Shown: one piece after another, positions 17,657 through 25,550 of the stretch
How positions within the stretch are numbered: the first letter of the stretch is position 1
How the letters are laid out: the number at the start of each line of letters is the position of its first letter
Source of the DNA: an archaeon
Lineage (GTDB): Archaea; Iainarchaeota; Iainarchaeia; Iainarchaeales; CSSED10-239
Assembly: GCA_035390665.1 (NCBI GenBank)
Contig: DAOOUC010000002.1
Coordinates: 1 to 32,000 of the forward strand
DNA: 32,000 nt
Direction: 5' to 3'
Translations under genes and position numbers: made by a program
The notes under the pieces: generated by a model
What the model saw: only the letters and a program-made list of their open reading frames with translations
Told to the model about the DNA's origin: nothing
The model's database searches: none

Positions 17657-19411
17657 GTGATAACCATAGTTTATAGACAACCAATAATTACTGTTATGGG
17701 TCATATTGACTCTGGAAAAACAACATTTTTAGACAGAATTAAAGGTACAAGTATTGTAGATAAAGAAGCAGGAAAAATAACACAACACATTGGTGCAACA
17801 GAAGTAACAATTGAAACAATAAATAAATTTAGTGGGCATTTAGTAAAGAAATATAATTTCGAACTAATGATTCCTGGATTATTATTTATAGACACACCAG
17901 GACATAATGCTTTTGATAATCTCAGAGAAAGAGGGGGTTCTTTAGCTGACTTGGTAGTCTTAGTAATGGATATTAATAAAGGATTACAGGTTCAAGATAT
18001 TCAAACAATTAATATTTTGAAAATGTATAAGGTCCCTTTTATTGTAGTTGCAAACAAGATAGATTTAGTTTCTGGATTTAACAGAGACGATAAAGACATT
18101 TTAGTTTGTCTAAACAATCAATCAAAAAATGTTTCAGAAAAATTAGAAGAATTATTATATAGAATTGTTGGGCAATTATATGATAAAGGCTTTGCTGCTG
18201 AAAGATTTGATAGAGTTAATGATTTTACAAAACAGATTGCAATAATTCCTGCAAATGTTTCAAATGATTTAGGTCTTCCAGAAAGCATTTTGTTTTTATC
18301 AGTATTAAGTCAAAAGTTTTTAGGGAAGAAACTAACAATAGAAGATAATGATTACATGCAAGGGGCAGTTCTTGAAGTTGGAGAACTAAAAGGAATTGGT
18401 TCAACTGCAGATGTCATTGTTTATCAAGGACAATTGAAAGTAAAAGATGAAATTTGCTTTCCAACAAGAAGCGGGCTAAAATGCTCAAAAATAAAAGCAT
18501 TATTAAAGCCAAACTTTATGACTGCAGTAGATAAAAAATGCGCTTATGAAAAAATTGAAAGTGTAAGTGCAGCAGCAGGAATAAAAATTGTGGCTCCAGA
18601 GATTGCAGATTGTCTTCCAGGAGCAGTAATTGTCTCAGCAGAAGATAAAGTAGCTATTGAAAATTTAAAAAATAAAGCATATGCTTGTTTAGTAAAAGGA
18701 AGCACAGGTGCTTTTGTAAAAGCAGACACTTTGGGGTCTCTTGAAGCATTGCACAAATTGTTGGACAAAGAATGTGTTGCTATCGCCAGTTCAGATATAG
18801 GCGATTTTACAAATAGAGATCTTTTAGAGTTAAAGATATTACATGAAAAAAATAAAGAACAAGGAGTATTGTTTTTATTTAATGTTAAAATTAATCAAGA
18901 GTTTTTAGATGAGATAGAGAAGCTGAAAATCCCTATATTTAAAAACAATATCATATATAAATTAATTGAGGACTACCAAGAATGGTTATCCAAATTAAAA
19001 AAGCAAGAAAAAGATAAATTACTAAAGGAAATAATTTATCCATGTAGTTTTAAAGTACTTCCAAATTTTATTTTTAGAAGTTGTAAACCAGCAGTTGTTG
19101 GTGTAAGAATTCTAGAAGGACGTTTAGTTGTTGGTTCAAACCTTGAATTAAATGGAAATAAAATTGGAGAAGTTGAAGGCATACAATCAGAAGGAAAAGC
19201 AATAGATGTTGCAACAGAGGAATCTGAAGTTGCAGTTTCTATTAGAGATGCAACCTATCTTAAAGACTTTAAGGAAGGAGACATCTTAAAAGTAAGTTTA
19301 ACTCTTGAAAATATTTCAAATCTAGAAAAGTTAGAAGGAGACTTAAGTTCAAGAGAGCAAGAGTTAATAATTCAAGCAAAAAATGAAATTTATAAAAAAC
19401 AAAATCAATAA
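17657..19411 (+). CDS. infB: Translation initiation factor aIF5B (IF2-like), GTG start
   Basis: ORF 584 aa; RQPIITVMGHIDSGKTTFLDRIKGTSIV, IDTPGHNAF, VANKIDL. Confidence 0.95.
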   Translation: MITIVYRQPIITVMGHIDSGKTTFLDRIKGTSIVDKEAGKITQHIGATEVTIETINKFSGHLVKKYNFELMIPGLLFIDTPGHNAFDNLRERGGSLADLVVLVMDINKGLQVQDIQTINILKMYKVPFIVVANKIDLVSGFNRDDKDILVCLNNQSKNVSEKLEELLYRIVGQLYDKGFAAERFDRVNDFTKQIAIIPANVSNDLGLPESILFLSVLSQKFLGKKLTIEDNDYMQGAVLEVGELKGIGSTADVIVYQGQLKVKDEICFPTRSGLKCSKIKALLKPNFMTAVDKKCAYEKIESVSAAAGIKIVAPEIADCLPGAVIVSAEDKVAIENLKNKAYACLVKGSTGAFVKADTLGSLEALHKLLDKECVAIASSDIGDFTNRDLLELKILHEKNKEQGVLFLFNVKINQEFLDEIEKLKIPIFKNNIIYKLIEDYQEWLSKLKKQEKDKLLKEIIYPCSFKVLPNFIFRSCKPAVVGVRILEGRLVVGSNLELNGNKIGEVEGIQSEGKAIDVATEESEVAVSIRDATYLKDFKEGDILKVSLTLENISNLEKLEGDLSSREQELIIQAKNEIYKKQNQ

Positions 19412-19427
19412 AAGAGGTGTATGAAAT

Positions 19428-19841
19428 TTGAGATTAACATTGTCAGATTCAAAAACAAAAAAAAGTTATAATGTGGAAGCAGATGAGAAATTAAAACTTC
19501 ATTTACTTGGAAAGAAGATAAAAGATGAAGTTGATTTATCAAGTATTTCTCCAGGTTTAAAAGGAATAATAACTGGTGGATCAGATAAGCAAGGCTTTCC
19601 AATGCACACAAAACTTGACTCTGAAAGTTCTAAAAAAATATTAACCACAAAAGGTTTAGGTTTTAAAACAACAAGAAGTGGAGAAAGAAGAAGAGTAAGA
19701 GTTGCAGGAAGAATAATTATTGATAAGACTGCTCAAGTTAATATAAAATTAACAGCAGGAGAAACAACAGGCTTTGATGAAAGATTCCCAAAGCAAAAGA
19801 AAGAAGAAGATTCTTCAAAGAAAGGAAAAAAGAAAAAGTAA
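19428..19841 (+). CDS. rps6e: Ribosomal protein S6e, probable TTG start
   Basis: ORF 137 aa; SDSKTKKSYNVEADEKLKLHLLGKKIKDEVDLSSISPGLKGIITGGSDKQGFPMHTKL; GGTG 19416-19419 is 8 nt upstream of TTG 19428. Confidence 0.92.
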   Translation: MRLTLSDSKTKKSYNVEADEKLKLHLLGKKIKDEVDLSSISPGLKGIITGGSDKQGFPMHTKLDSESSKKILTTKGLGFKTTRSGERRRVRVAGRIIIDKTAQVNIKLTAGETTGFDERFPKQKKEEDSSKKGKKKK

Positions 19842-19864
19842 TTTAAAAAACTAAATTGAAAATT

Positions 19865-19903
19865 ATGGAAGAGTTTTTCTTTTTTTAGAAAAAAGAAACA
19901 CTC
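19865..19903 (+). promoter_or_regulatory. Mini-ORF (MEEFFFF*) overlapping a near-perfect hairpin upstream of aIF2gamma
   Basis: ATG GAA GAG TTT TTC TTT TTT TAG (19865-19888); hairpin GAGTTTTTCTTTTTT(19871-19885)/AAAAAAGAAACACTC(19889-19903), one mismatch, TAG loop. Confidence 0.5.
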
Positions 19904-19930
19904 GGCAAAGAAAAAACTAAATTGAAAAAT

Positions 19931-21121
19931 ATGGAAGCAGTACAATCGGTCCTAAATATTGGAGTTGTTGGTCATGTTGATCATGGGAAAACCACATTAA
20001 CTTCTAAGATTACAGGACAATCAACAGATAGACATTCTGATGAAATTAAGCAAGGTATATCTATAAAATTAGGATATGCAGATGCTTGTTTTTATAAGTG
20101 TAAAACCTGTAAAGGGTTACAAGCATATGGTGTTACAAAGAAATGTCAGTTGTGTGGTGGAGAAAGAGAACTTGTAAGAAAGGTTTCTTTTGTTGATGCC
20201 CCAGGTCACGAAACATTGATGGCAGTAATGCTTTCTGGTGCAACACTTTTAAATGGGGCAATACTTGTTATTGCAGCAAATGAAGAATGTCCACAACCAA
20301 GAACAGTTGAACATTTCTCTGCATTAAAGATGCATGGAATAAAACACATGGTTGTTGCTCAAAATAAATTAGATTTAGTTACAAAAGAAGAAGCACAAGA
20401 AAATTATAAAAAAATTAGAAAGTTTTTAGATGATGAAGGATACTCTCATGTTCCAATAATTCCAACATCTGCTCATTTTGATGCAAACATTGATGCTTTG
20501 GTTTATGCTTTGCTAGATAGTATTCCTGTTCCGGAATTAGATACTACTTCTCCATTAAAAATGAGAATTGTTAGATCTTTTGATATTAATAAACCAGGAA
20601 TAACTGTTGATAAATTAAAAGGCGGAGTATTAGGCGGAGCAATAATTTGTGGAACACTTTCAGAAAAACAAAAAGTTTGGTTGTATCCAGGAATCACTAA
20701 GCCAATTGAATTGACAGTAGAATCATTAAATTCTAATGGTGTATTTTTTAAAAAAGTACACGCAGGCGGATTGATTGCAATTGGAACAGATCTTGATCCA
20801 TTCTTTGTCTCTGGAGATAAGATGATTGGGCAATTAATTTGTGAAGAGAGTTCAAAACCATTAATGACACAAGAGATGGAATTAAAGTATTCCAGAATTG
20901 ATAGATTATTAGATTCAAATAAAGACTCTCTAAAGATTGGAGAAAATATTGTTTTAATTATTGGAACTGCAGCACATTTAGGCACAATAAAAAAGATTAA
21001 AGGAGACACTTTGTCGGTGTCTTTAAAAAATCAAGCAGTTTATTATAAAGATGAAACAATAGCGATTAGTAGATTAATAAGTGGACGTTGGAGATTGTCT
21101 GGATATGCACACGCAAGATAG
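19931..21121 (+). CDS. eif2g: Translation initiation factor aIF2 gamma subunit
   Basis: VLNIGVVGHVDHGKTTLTSKITGQSTDRHSDEIKQGISIKLGYAD; zinc motif CKTCKGL...CQLCGG; ATG 19931 preferred over TTG 19922. Confidence 0.97.
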   Translation: MEAVQSVLNIGVVGHVDHGKTTLTSKITGQSTDRHSDEIKQGISIKLGYADACFYKCKTCKGLQAYGVTKKCQLCGGERELVRKVSFVDAPGHETLMAVMLSGATLLNGAILVIAANEECPQPRTVEHFSALKMHGIKHMVVAQNKLDLVTKEEAQENYKKIRKFLDDEGYSHVPIIPTSAHFDANIDALVYALLDSIPVPELDTTSPLKMRIVRSFDINKPGITVDKLKGGVLGGAIICGTLSEKQKVWLYPGITKPIELTVESLNSNGVFFKKVHAGGLIAIGTDLDPFFVSGDKMIGQLICEESSKPLMTQEMELKYSRIDRLLDSNKDSLKIGENIVLIIGTAAHLGTIKKIKGDTLSVSLKNQAVYYKDETIAISRLISGRWRLSGYAHAR

Positions 21122-21512
21122 GGTTGCAAATATTATCATTGACACAAATGTCTTAATCTATATGTATGAACTTAAAAGAGATGTTTTTGAGTTTGCGTTA
21201 AATGTTTTACCAAATGGTAAATTCTTCGTGTTAGATAAGTCAATTATAGAGCTTGAAAAAGTCTTTAAAGACAAACCAAGAAAATTGATATTATTAAAAA
21301 ATTTCATAGAGAAGTTAATTAGTTTAAAAAAATTTGAAATATTAGAAGTTAAAAATGAATTATTTGAAAAATATAAAAAAGTGGATAATTTATTAATATA
21401 TTTTAGCAATAATTATATAATATACACGAATGATAAAATACTGAAAAACAAAATAAAAAAAAAAGGAAATAAAGTTTTAACATTAAGATTACATGATGTT
21501 TTTTTAAATTAA
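21108..21512 (+). CDS. PIN-domain protein (Fcf1/Utp24-like), overlapping aIF2gamma 3' end
   Basis: VANIIIDTNVLIYMYELKRDVFEFAL; ORF open from 21081, the in-frame ATG at 21108 gives a shorter overlap; acidic residues D..E..ND typical of PIN. Confidence 0.72.
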   Translation, partial: HTQDRVANIIIDTNVLIYMYELKRDVFEFALNVLPNGKFFVLDKSIIELEKVFKDKPRKLILLKNFIEKLISLKKFEILEVKNELFEKYKKVDNLLIYFSNNYIIYTNDKILKNKIKKKGNKVLTLRLHDVFLN

Positions 21513-21531
21513 AAAAAAGGGGTTTTATAAA

Positions 21532-22146
21532 ATGGGATATAAAAAATATACTTTGGAAGGCATTGTTTCAATTGCTCCTCAAAGATTATCTGGGGAATTA
21601 AAAGATATTATTCTTAATCAACTTTGTTATGATTATGAAGGAGTTATTGATAAAAACATAGGAGTAATAGTAGCAGTAACAGAAGTATTGTCTCACGATA
21701 TCGGAGAGATTGTCCCAGCAGACCCAAATGTTTTCTTTAAAGCAAAGTTTTCAGTAATTGCATACTATCCAAAACTTCATGAAATTGTTAATGGTGTAGT
21801 GACACAAGCAACAGATTTTGGTGCATTTATTAAAATTGGACCATTTGAAGGTTTATGTCATGTATCTCAAGTTATGGAGGATTTTAATTCCTATAATGCT
21901 GAATTACCAGGATTTACAGGAAAAGAATCAAAACAAACTTTAGTTGTTGGAGATAACGTTGTTGCAAGAATTGCAAATGTTAGTTTGAAACCAAGCATTA
22001 CAGAAACAAAAATTGGTTTAACAATGAGACAATTTGGTTTAGGTAAAGCAGATTGGCAAAAACAACCAGTAAAGAAAGAAAAGAAAACAACTACAAAGAA
22101 AGAAACAAAGAAAGAAGAAACAAAACCTAAAGCAAAAAAGAAATAA
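21532..22146 (+). CDS. rpo7: RNA polymerase subunit E' (Rpo7) with lysine-rich tail
   Basis: ORF 204 aa; FKAKFSVIAYYPKLHEIVNGVVTQATDFGAFIKIGPFEGLCHVSQVM S1 domain. Confidence 0.93.
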   Translation: MGYKKYTLEGIVSIAPQRLSGELKDIILNQLCYDYEGVIDKNIGVIVAVTEVLSHDIGEIVPADPNVFFKAKFSVIAYYPKLHEIVNGVVTQATDFGAFIKIGPFEGLCHVSQVMEDFNSYNAELPGFTGKESKQTLVVGDNVVARIANVSLKPSITETKIGLTMRQFGLGKADWQKQPVKKEKKTTTKKETKKEETKPKAKKK

Positions 22147-22160
22147 AATGGTGATATTTA

Positions 22161-22376
22161 ATGGTATACAAAGCATGTAGAAAATGCAGAAAAATAGTTG
22201 AAGATGAATTTCTAGATGACAAAGAAACAGTTAAAGAGTGCCCTATTTGTGGATGTACTGTATTTACAACTTTTTGGAAAGGTAATGCTTTAATTATTGA
22301 TCCAGAAAACTCAGATATTTCAAAAGCAATGGAAGTAAAAACTCCAGGAAGATATGCATTAAGATTAAGTAGGTGA
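22161..22376 (+). CDS. spt4: Transcription elongation factor Spt4 (RpoE'')
   Basis: ORF 71 aa; ACRKCRKIVE...CPICGCTVFTTFWKGNALIIDPENSDISKAM. Confidence 0.93.
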   Translation: MVYKACRKCRKIVEDEFLDDKETVKECPICGCTVFTTFWKGNALIIDPENSDISKAMEVKTPGRYALRLSR

Positions 22377-22383
22377 ATGAACA

Positions 22384-22689
22384 ATGAATGTAGAAATTGA
22401 AAAACAAAGAAATGAATTATTGCACAGAACAACAATTGTTGCAAAAATTAAAGGAGTAAAAACACCAAGCAGAAAAGAACTTTTAAAGAAGGTTGCTGCA
22501 ATGCTTGGAAGTGATGAAAAATTAATGGTTGTTGATAAGATAAGTCAAGAATATGGTAAACAATCAAGTATTGCTTATCTAAAGGTTTATGATTCTTTAA
22601 ATTATTTAAAAGAATTAGAATTAAAACACAAGATAAAAAGAACAGGCGATCTTGAAGATAAAAAGCCAGTAGAAGAAAAAGGTGAATAA
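22384..22689 (+). CDS. rps24e: Ribosomal protein S24e
   Basis: ORF 101 aa; RNELLHRTTIVAKIKGVKTPSRKELLKKVAAMLG...YGKQSSIAYLKVYDS. Confidence 0.93.
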   Translation: MNVEIEKQRNELLHRTTIVAKIKGVKTPSRKELLKKVAAMLGSDEKLMVVDKISQEYGKQSSIAYLKVYDSLNYLKELELKHKIKRTGDLEDKKPVEEKGE

Positions 22690-22691
22690 TT

Positions 22692-22916
22692 ATGGGTAAG
22701 AAGAAAGGCGGCGGACCAAAAAAAGGCAAGACAAAGCACACAAAGACAGATAGAATAAAAGTAAGTAAGTTTTATTCTGTTTCTGGAGATAAAGTTGAAA
22801 GAATTGGGAAAGAATGTCCGAAGTGTGGAACAGCAGTTAAGATGGGTGCACACAAAGGCAAAGATGGAAAAACAAGATATGCTTGTGGAAAATGCGGTAT
22901 GAATGTTTTTGAATGA
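22692..22916 (+). CDS. rps27ae: Ribosomal protein S27ae
   Basis: ORF 74 aa; CPKCGTAVKMGAHKGKDGKTRYACGKCGMNVFE zinc motif. Confidence 0.93.
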   Translation: MGKKKGGGPKKGKTKHTKTDRIKVSKFYSVSGDKVERIGKECPKCGTAVKMGAHKGKDGKTRYACGKCGMNVFE

Positions 22917-22926
22917 TTGAATAATT

Positions 22927-23466
22927 ATGCAATTCATACCAGAAGATTTTCTTCTAGATGTTTTTCTTTTTCTAATTCCTTTTTATTTTGTTTTTTTATT
23001 TGATAGAGTTACTAATATTAAATTAGCATTTTATACTCTTGGATTAAAGTCAATTAAATTTAAAGAACTTTTAAAAAATAGTTTAACTATCTTTTTACTT
23101 TTGTTTTTTTTAAGTTACCTTCTTGGTTTTTTTTCTGTTTTTTTTAATGTTTCTGATTTAGAGGTTGTTGGTAAAGAGATTTTAAATTTTCCATTTTCTG
23201 TGGTTATTTATCTTTTTATAATAAGGGTATTTTTAGAAGAATGGTTCTTTAGAGGTTTCTTGGTTCCAAGAGTTGGAATTGTATTTTCTAGTTTGATTTT
23301 TGCAATTGGCCATCTTTCTTATGGCTCAATAATAGAAGTTCTTGGTGCTTTTGTTTTAGGTGTTTTCTTGGCAAGCACTTACAATAAAACAAAAAATCTT
23401 TGGCCTAACATTATTGCACACACACTATATAATCTTATTATTTACTTATTTCTTTTAATTGCCTAA
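22927..23466 (+). CDS. CPBP (CAAX/Abi-like) intramembrane metalloprotease
   Basis: ORF 179 aa multi-TM; FLEEWFFRGFLV and IFAIGHLSYGS, WPNIIAHTLYN motifs. Confidence 0.85.
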   Translation: MQFIPEDFLLDVFLFLIPFYFVFLFDRVTNIKLAFYTLGLKSIKFKELLKNSLTIFLLLFFLSYLLGFFSVFFNVSDLEVVGKEILNFPFSVVIYLFIIRVFLEEWFFRGFLVPRVGIVFSSLIFAIGHLSYGSIIEVLGAFVLGVFLASTYNKTKNLWPNIIAHTLYNLIIYLFLLIA

Positions 23467-23539
23467 TAACTAAATATAGTTAACTAATTCCCAATAAAAC
23501 AATTACTAAAGTTTAAAGGGCATTTAGATTTATGGTACA

Positions 23540-23830
23540 ATTAATTAGTTTTAATGTTCCTTTTGGAACATAAAAAAGGGGTTAGTATATATATACTGCT
23601 AACAACACAAATATTTTGGAAATTGGTACAAATCCAAAGAATTCTAGAAAAACTAGAAAAGGAGCATAAACGGATTTCAACGAGATCTTCCAGGGGGGGT
23701 TTTATAGTTGCTGGGACAAGAAAAATTTAACTCTGGAGTATCGGAGTTGGCACAGGCAGGAGGAACATGCTATTACCTGGCTTGAAGGTCGAAACAGAAT
23801 TTAGTTTGGTTTCCTCTCTTGCCTATTACT
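23540..23830 (+). ncRNA. Unassigned candidate structured RNA; strand, ends and family uncertain
   Basis: Non-coding, locally GC-richer; hairpins ATGTTCC/GGAACAT (23554-23571), TTCTAG/CTAGAA (23642-23658), AACTC/GAGTT (23729-23748); long helix AGGCA(23754-23758)+GGAGGAA(23759-23765) with TTCCTCT(23811-23817)+TGCCT(23820-23824). Confidence 0.4.
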
Positions 23831-23885
23831 ATTTCTTTAAAAAACAAAAGGTTTTAAAACTTCTATGTAGTTATTATTTTTAGTT

Positions 23886-24749
23886 ATGGTGATAAATGTG
23901 GTTGTGAAAAAAAAAGTAATAAGTACAAAAAAGAGCATTAGTAAAAAAAAAGAAGTTATAAAAAAACCAACTGCCAAAAAAGAAATAGAATTAAAAAAAA
24001 TAGACAAGTCTAAATTTTTCTTACTTAAAAAAAGAATACATGAAAAGGAAGAAAATGAATTTGGAAAATTTGATTTACATTTACATAGTAAATATTCTTC
24101 TTGTGCAGTAACTGAGCCAGAAACTATTGTAAAGAAGGCAAAAGAAGTTGGCCTTAAAGGATTTGCAATAACAGATCACAACACTATAAGAGCGTGGCCT
24201 GCTTTAACAAAACTTGCTAAAGCAAATGATTTAATATTTATCCCAGGTCAAGAAATTGATGTAACATTTAATGGTAAAAAAATAGGACATGTCTTAGCAT
24301 TATTTACTTATGATAAGATTGTTTCCACAGATATTTATGAAGTTGTTGATGAAGCAAAGTCTCAATCAGCATTATTATCTTTACCACATGCATTTGATTT
24401 TGGGAGAGCATTTAAAGGATTAGAATATCTTTCTCAAAATGGACCAATATCTAAATATATTCCTGCAATGGAAACCTTTAATTCAAGAGTAATGAGAGAA
24501 AATGCAAACAAAGCAGCAAAAGATTTTGCAGAAAAAAATGGATTATTACAGACTGCTGGTTCTGATGCACATATGCCTTATGAAATAGGTAATGGATATT
24601 TGATAGCTAAAGCAAATACAGAATTAGATCTTTTAAGAGAAATAAAACTTGGAAGAGTTGTAACTAATGGAAGATTATCTGGACTTAAACCAAAGATTCA
24701 AACACTTGGCGCATACATGAATCTTTTACAGGATAGAAATTTTAAATAG
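23886..24749 (+). CDS. PHP-domain metal-dependent phosphoesterase with lysine-rich N-terminal extension
   Basis: FDLHLHSKYSSC, AITDHNTIRAW, SLPHAFDFGRAFKG, GSDAHMPYEIG. Start uncertain; GTG 23898 is also plausible after GGTG 23888-23891. Confidence 0.85.
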   Translation: MVINVVVKKKVISTKKSISKKKEVIKKPTAKKEIELKKIDKSKFFLLKKRIHEKEENEFGKFDLHLHSKYSSCAVTEPETIVKKAKEVGLKGFAITDHNTIRAWPALTKLAKANDLIFIPGQEIDVTFNGKKIGHVLALFTYDKIVSTDIYEVVDEAKSQSALLSLPHAFDFGRAFKGLEYLSQNGPISKYIPAMETFNSRVMRENANKAAKDFAEKNGLLQTAGSDAHMPYEIGNGYLIAKANTELDLLREIKLGRVVTNGRLSGLKPKIQTLGAYMNLLQDRNFK

Positions 24750-25464
24750 TTAAAATTTTTCTTAAATTTATTTCTTTGTCTAGATTTTCAATAATTCCAT
24801 CCATGTGTCCAGCACCAACTACAACCACAATATTTTCTTCTGGAATTTTTTGTAAATGATAAGCAATAAATTGATCTCTTTCATCAATTAATATTTCTTT
24901 AAATTTTTTGTGTCTTTTAGAATAAAGTTTCATTATTTCTTCTATTATCTCAGATTTATCTTCTTCAGTTTCAACTTCTGACATAAGTTTTTCAATATTT
25001 ATTTTTTCTAGTTCTTTTTTTGGAATAAATAAACCTCCAAAAATTAATTTTAATTTTTCTCCAAAGGTTAATCTTTTAAGTAGTTTTTGTAAAGTGATGT
25101 TTATATCTCTGTCAACAAGATAGACTTTTGCTTCAATTTCTTTTGCGCTATTAAATGCGGAAACCATTTCTTCACCAGGGTTCATATTAAATTTCTTAGC
25201 GATGCCCTTTTGTAGTCCCCCAAGTGTATAACCTAAAAGAAAAGCAGATTTATTTTTAGTTTTAAAAATATCTTTTAGTTTTGGTTTTTTTTCTTTGTCA
25301 GGGTTAAGAAGCCCTAAAAGCCTATTAAAATCTAGTTCTAAGCAAACAGCAGTTGGTTTTTTTTCAAGAATTATATTTCTTACTTGTTCTGCGCTTTTTG
25401 AAGAAACATGTGCTGTTCCAATGATTGTGATATGTTTGTTTTCAAAATCTATTTCTTTTATCAT
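24742..25464 (-). CDS. TraB-family protein, soluble domain only
   Basis: ORF 240 aa; ITIIGTAHVSSKSAEQVRNIILEKKPTAVCLELD, LGGLQKGIAKKFNMNPGEEM, VVVVGAGHMDGI; no C-terminal TM region. Confidence 0.85.
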   Translation of the reverse strand: MIKEIDFENKHITIIGTAHVSSKSAEQVRNIILEKKPTAVCLELDFNRLLGLLNPDKEKKPKLKDIFKTKNKSAFLLGYTLGGLQKGIAKKFNMNPGEEMVSAFNSAKEIEAKVYLVDRDINITLQKLLKRLTFGEKLKLIFGGLFIPKKELEKINIEKLMSEVETEEDKSEIIEEIMKLYSKRHKKFKEILIDERDQFIAYHLQKIPEENIVVVVGAGHMDGIIENLDKEINLRKILTI

Positions 25465-25500
25465 TTTTATTCAATATATATAAAAGACAAAACATTTTAA

Positions 25501-25520
25501 ATATATAATATATTATATAT
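25501..25520. promoter_or_regulatory. Perfect 20-bp AT palindrome in divergent promoter region
   Basis: ATATATAATATATTATATAT between traB-like gene (minus) and surface protein gene (plus). Confidence 0.5.
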
Positions 25521-25550
25521 TACTATAAACCATTTAAATGTGTTAAAAAA

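Noticed and set aside
17657-21121. Possible inteins in aIF5B or aIF2gamma
   Set aside because: Both proteins have near-normal length and uninterrupted GTPase motifs.
21081-21512. PIN domain as a VapC toxin in a toxin-antitoxin pair
   Set aside because: No small antitoxin ORF is adjacent, and the gene is embedded between aIF2gamma and Rpo7.
22927-23466. CPBP/Abi-like protease as an abortive infection or defence gene
   Set aside because: CPBP proteins are common and mostly not defence-related; there are no accompanying nuclease, ATPase or RT genes.
23540-23830. Assigning the structured region as SRP RNA, RNase P RNA or 5S rRNA
   Set aside because: The hallmark motifs (helix 8 GGAAGG-AGCAGCC; RNase P GAGGAAAGUCC; 5S consensus) are absent on the strands I read. 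GGAGGAAC is only a weak resemblance to CR-I and the spacing to ACAGAA is too short.
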